Assembly: GCA_964447405.1 (NCBI GenBank)
Contig: CAYUSP010000003.1
Coordinates: 384,135-448,134 of the forward strand
Origin: an uncultured Nitrospiraceae bacterium
Lineage (GTDB): Bacteria; Nitrospirota; UBA9217
Reading direction: 5' to 3'
DNA length: 64,000 nucleotides
This document shows positions 60,831 to 64,000 of the stretch, piece by piece. Under the pieces are notes generated by a model. It was given only the letters and a program-made list of their open reading frames with translations, searched no databases and was not told where the DNA came from. Made by a program: the position numbers and the translations under genes. How positions within the stretch are numbered: the stretch's first letter is position 1; the number at the start of each line of letters is the position of its first letter.

Positions 60831-62444
60831 CTATTCTCCGGCGAGCAAACCAGCAGCAGCCTGCTGAATCTCCTCCATGCGATCGTAGGCGGCGATCCTG
60901 ACATTTGCGTCCATAAAATGGTCAAGAAGGTAGGGGCTGTCAAAAGAGATCACGAACGTAATTCCCTTCACCGATTCAACAGTCTTGAAAATCTTCAGTA
61001 CCATTTCCTGAAGCCTTGCATCAAGACCTGAGCGGCCTTTTGATGCGGATATTTTGGAAAACACAGCCAGCACGACAAACTCGGCTGCCTTGATGCTGTC
61101 CAGCACAAGGGATTCAGGCGGCTCCGAGCCCGGGGTCAGCACCATGACGAGGTAATGTTTGAACCTCTCCCTCATTGCCCGGATAAAGGCATTGCCCGAT
61201 GCCGTATCATTGTCATCGTCTAGGATAAAACAGGCTACGCCGCCGTCATGCGGGATAGGAAGGAACTTTTTGTCACCGCTCAGAACGCGCAACGTCTTGC
61301 GGCCGATCCCTCCCGCAGTGAGGCGGTTTTTCTGGTAGTCGATCGTGACTGCCTTTCGTTTGACTTTATCGAACAAGCCAAGCAGCTTTTTTGCGGCGGT
61401 GATCCGCTGAACGGACTCCCTGATGCGTTGTCGTGTGAGTCTGCCCTGCTCAACGGCCGAAACCACTGCATTAATGGTCACCACAGCGTCCCGCGGATGC
61501 AGAAGAATATCCATGCCTGCCTCGACTGTTCTGATGGCGATCTCTTCCTGCGAATATTCGCCGGTCAGCGCCCCCATGTCAAGAGCATCGGACACGATCA
61601 GCCCGTTAAATTCCATTCCTTCCCGAAGCAGGGCGGTCACGACCTTCTTGGAGAATGTCGTCGGTTTTTCCGGATCAAGAGCAGGCACCAGCAGGTGGGC
61701 AACCATGACCATGCCCACGCCTCCTTTCACGGCATCACGAAAGGGCGGAAGTTCCACGCGGTTCAAACGCGCTCTTTCTGCGCGGATCACCGGCAGTACG
61801 GAATGGGAATCCTGGTCAGTGTCCCCGTGTCCGGGGAAATGCTTGGCGCACGCCAGCAAATCGACCCGCTCCCTGCCTGAAGGCAGCTGAAGCCGCTCGA
61901 TGTATCGCGCACCGAACCAACCGACAATGCCGGGTTCTTCGCCGAAGGACCTGGTACAGATGATGGGATTATCCGGATTGTTATTGACATCAACGACCGG
62001 CGAGAACACGGTATGAATACCGGCTGCGCGGGTTTCTGTACGCACCGCATCAAGCATCCGGTCGAGCAGTTCCACATCTTTTTTCGAACGCCGGTTGATC
62101 GCCGAGGAGACAGCACGCTGGTTGGGGAACCGGGTGCCTCCGCTGAGCTGCTGGCCCAGACCGCGTTCGATATCGGAAGCTATCAGCAGCGGTATTCGGG
62201 AACTTTTCTGGATCTCATGCAGGCGCCGCGGGGTATGCTCCAGCGTCCCGCCGAAGAGGATGAATCCGCCTACACCTTCCTTCAGAAGAGCTGCTACATT
62301 GTCAAGATACCGCGAATCTCCGAGCTGCTCAGATTCTCCCAGTTTCTCCCCGTCGAGACGGGGCATGACCATCTGCGCGACTTCCTGCCTGAGCGTAAGG
62401 GTCTGCATGGCGGCTATTTTCTCTTTTTCTTCGGTGTATTGCAA
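60831..62444 (-). CDS. Glycoside hydrolase family 3 protein (beta-N-acetylhexosaminidase NagZ-like, long form)
   Basis: GH3 N-terminal catalytic domain motifs KHFPGHGDTDQDSH and LIVSDALDMGAL. Confidence 0.8.
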   Translation of the reverse strand: MQYTEEKEKIAAMQTLTLRQEVAQMVMPRLDGEKLGESEQLGDSRYLDNVAALLKEGVGGFILFGGTLEHTPRRLHEIQKSSRIPLLIASDIERGLGQQLSGGTRFPNQRAVSSAINRRSKKDVELLDRMLDAVRTETRAAGIHTVFSPVVDVNNNPDNPIICTRSFGEEPGIVGWFGARYIERLQLPSGRERVDLLACAKHFPGHGDTDQDSHSVLPVIRAERARLNRVELPPFRDAVKGGVGMVMVAHLLVPALDPEKPTTFSKKVVTALLREGMEFNGLIVSDALDMGALTGEYSQEEIAIRTVEAGMDILLHPRDAVVTINAVVSAVEQGRLTRQRIRESVQRITAAKKLLGLFDKVKRKAVTIDYQKNRLTAGGIGRKTLRVLSGDKKFLPIPHDGGVACFILDDDNDTASGNAFIRAMRERFKHYLVMVLTPGSEPPESLVLDSIKAAEFVVLAVFSKISASKGRSGLDARLQEMVLKIFKTVESVKGITFVISFDSPYLLDHFMDANVRIAAYDRMEEIQQAAAGLLAGE

Positions 62445-62538
62445 GCGTTTTTATTTTTCCCGCTTCACACTCCCGGTCCGGCATGGTATACTGTCCGGCC
62501 GGTAACCATCAATGCAGGCCTGCCCGGGGAGCGACTCA

Positions 62539-63341
62539 TGGACAACCTCAGATTCGAGAAGGACACCTACAAAACAGAAAAGCGGCGGCTTTCCTTTCTG
62601 CAGAAAACAATCCCCTCGTTCATCTTCTACGCGGATGCGGTCTCGATCATATTCAGAGCCAGCGCAAAAGCCAGGCGCGGACAATACGGCACGCCTGGAT
62701 GGTGCGCCAGCAGCATGGAAGCCCTTCGTGCCCTGGAGCGTGTTGGTGTGGTCTTTGACATAACCGGCATGGACTCCAAAAAGGAGTTCGACGGCCCCGC
62801 TGTCTTTATCGGAAACCATATGAGCACTCTGGAGACATTTGTTCTGCCGGTGCTCATTGCTCCTTTCAAGGATGCCACCTTCGTTGTCAAGCAAAGCCTG
62901 GTCGAATATCCTGTTTTCAAACACGTGATGCGCTCCCGGGATCCGATTACCGTGGGCCGTCAGAATCCCCGCGATGATCTGAAGGCGGTGCTTGAAGGCG
63001 GTGCGGAGAAACTGAGATCAGGGATGTCCATCATCATATTCCCTCAGACAACGCGTACACAGGTCTTTGACCCCGAACAGTTCAATACCATCGGAATCAA
63101 ACTTGCGAAGAAAGCGGGTGTTCCGGTCGTGCCGTTTGCGCTGAAAACCGATGCCTGGGGAAATGGCAGGTTTCTGAAGGACTACGGAAGGATCGACCCG
63201 ACGAAAAAAGTATATTTCGCCTTTGGCAAACCTCTTTGGATCAAAGACCGGGGAGTGAATGAGCATCAGCAGATCATCGATTTCATTACGGGTAAATTAA
63301 AGGAATGGGATATGAGCACCCCGAGAGACGAAAAAGGCTGA
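62539..63341 (+). CDS. Lysophospholipid (1-acyl-sn-glycerol-3-phosphate) acyltransferase family protein
   Basis: Start at MDNLRFEKD; NHMSTLE (HX4D/E-type) and FPQTTR motifs of the PlsC family; the longer ORF from 62013 is an antisense overlap with the GH3 gene. Confidence 0.7.
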
Positions 63342-63384
63342 CCCTTGCGGGGCCAGCCTTCGCTGCAGCGAACTGCGTGCAGCA

Positions 63385-64000
63385 TTATTTTACGTTCAGC
63401 AGTTCTACCTCGAATATCAATACCGCATTCGGTCCGATGGCTCCACCCGGCGCACCGGCCTCTCCGTAGGCGAGTGTGGACGGTATGAAAAGCTGCCATT
63501 TGGAACCTTCCTTCATGAGCTGCAGCGCCTCGGTCCAACCCTTGATCACACCCATGACCTGAAATGTAGCGGGTTCCCCCCGTTTGATCGAGCTGTCAAA
63601 CTCTGTTCCATCGATAAGCGTGCCGCGATAGTGAACCGTGACCGTGTCAGTTGCTTTGGGTGTTTTCCCCTTTCCTTCGCTCAGGACCTTATATTGCAGG
63701 CCGCTCTGCAGGGTTTTAACGCCGTCCTTGGCCTTGTTCTTCGCAAGGAAAACCTCTCCATCCGCCTTGTTCTTTCCCCCGACCTCCTTCGCCTTTTCCT
63801 GCTGTTTAGCCTGAAGGTCTTTTTGCAGGCTGGTCAGCGTGGTCCTGACCTCCTGTTCCGTCATGAGGGGTTTGCTGCCGGATAACAGGGCCTTCATCCC
63901 CTGGACGAGAATATCCGGATCGACTTCAATGCCGTTTCTCTTCATGCTGTTCCCGATATCAAGACCGATCGCATAGCTTATCTTATCCTTTTCCGTCTTG
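63385..64000 (-). CDS. FKBP-type peptidyl-prolyl cis-trans isomerase (FkpA/FklB-like), N-terminus beyond window end
   Basis: VHYRGTLIDGTEFDSS...GVIKGWTEALQLMKEGSKWQLFIPSTLAYGEAG...LIFEVELL; frame stays open upstream through 64000. Confidence 0.85.
   Translation of the reverse strand, partial: KTEKDKISYAIGLDIGNSMKRNGIEVDPDILVQGMKALLSGSKPLMTEQEVRTTLTSLQKDLQAKQQEKAKEVGGKNKADGEVFLAKNKAKDGVKTLQSGLQYKVLSEGKGKTPKATDTVTVHYRGTLIDGTEFDSSIKRGEPATFQVMGVIKGWTEALQLMKEGSKWQLFIPSTLAYGEAGAPGGAIGPNAVLIFEVELLNVK

Noticed and set aside
62013-63341. 442-aa plus-strand ORF overlapping the GH3 gene by 430 bp
   Set aside because: - The N-terminal 175 residues are antisense to the GH3 hydrolase and lack homology.
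- The acyltransferase domain begins at the internal Met 62539, which is used as the start.

Overview
This 64 kb window looks like the chromosome of a sulfate-reducing deltaproteobacterium-type organism, about 55% GC, with most genes on the minus strand.

**Overall layout**
- The 5' end carries the dissimilatory sulfite reductase locus dsrA-dsrB-dsrD-dsrN, with a long AT-rich leader upstream.
- Housekeeping genes follow: cysE, ispD/ispF, an MglA-like GTPase, uvrC, uvrB, pepN, pepA, rlpA, nth and typA.
- A tripartite TolC/MacA/split-MacB efflux operon sits next to an ECF sigma factor, anti-sigma factor and CpxP-like periplasmic module.

**Main finding: a chromosomal integron (40.7-52.95 kb)**
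- It has an intact integron-integrase gene (intI, minus strand) with the IntI-specific insertion and an extra N-terminal domain.
- The attI region carries a near-consensus outward promoter.
- A roughly 10.6 kb plus-strand cassette array follows, with 14 attC recombination sites in two sequence families and 16 ORFs.
- Most cassette ORFs are secreted, membrane or Cys-rich proteins of unknown function.
- The last two attC sites are eroded.

**Candidate selenoprotein**
- The final cassette encodes an organomercurial-lyase (MerB)-like protein read in a single frame with two in-frame TGA codons.
- These fall exactly where MerB's two catalytic cysteines lie (C-x2-D aligned to U-x2-E; Cys159/160 aligned to the second TGA, 65 residues apart versus 63 in MerB).
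- Each TGA is followed 18-21 nt downstream by a small hairpin whose apical loop reads GGUC(U), resembling bacterial SECIS elements.
- This makes it a candidate double-selenocysteine MerB homolog, or else a very non-random pseudogene.

**Other observations**
- Two short inverted-repeat families (CCGCAGAGGACGCAGAG and CCACAGATGAACACGG) bound structured intergenic inserts that split the efflux operon and the sigma/anti-sigma pair.
- A frameshifted N-terminal remnant of an IS481-type transposase is present.
- A GC-rich three-gene block (about 64% GC) lies just past the integron.
- A MarR-CDGSH-DoxX-pirin redox-stress operon sits near the 3' end.
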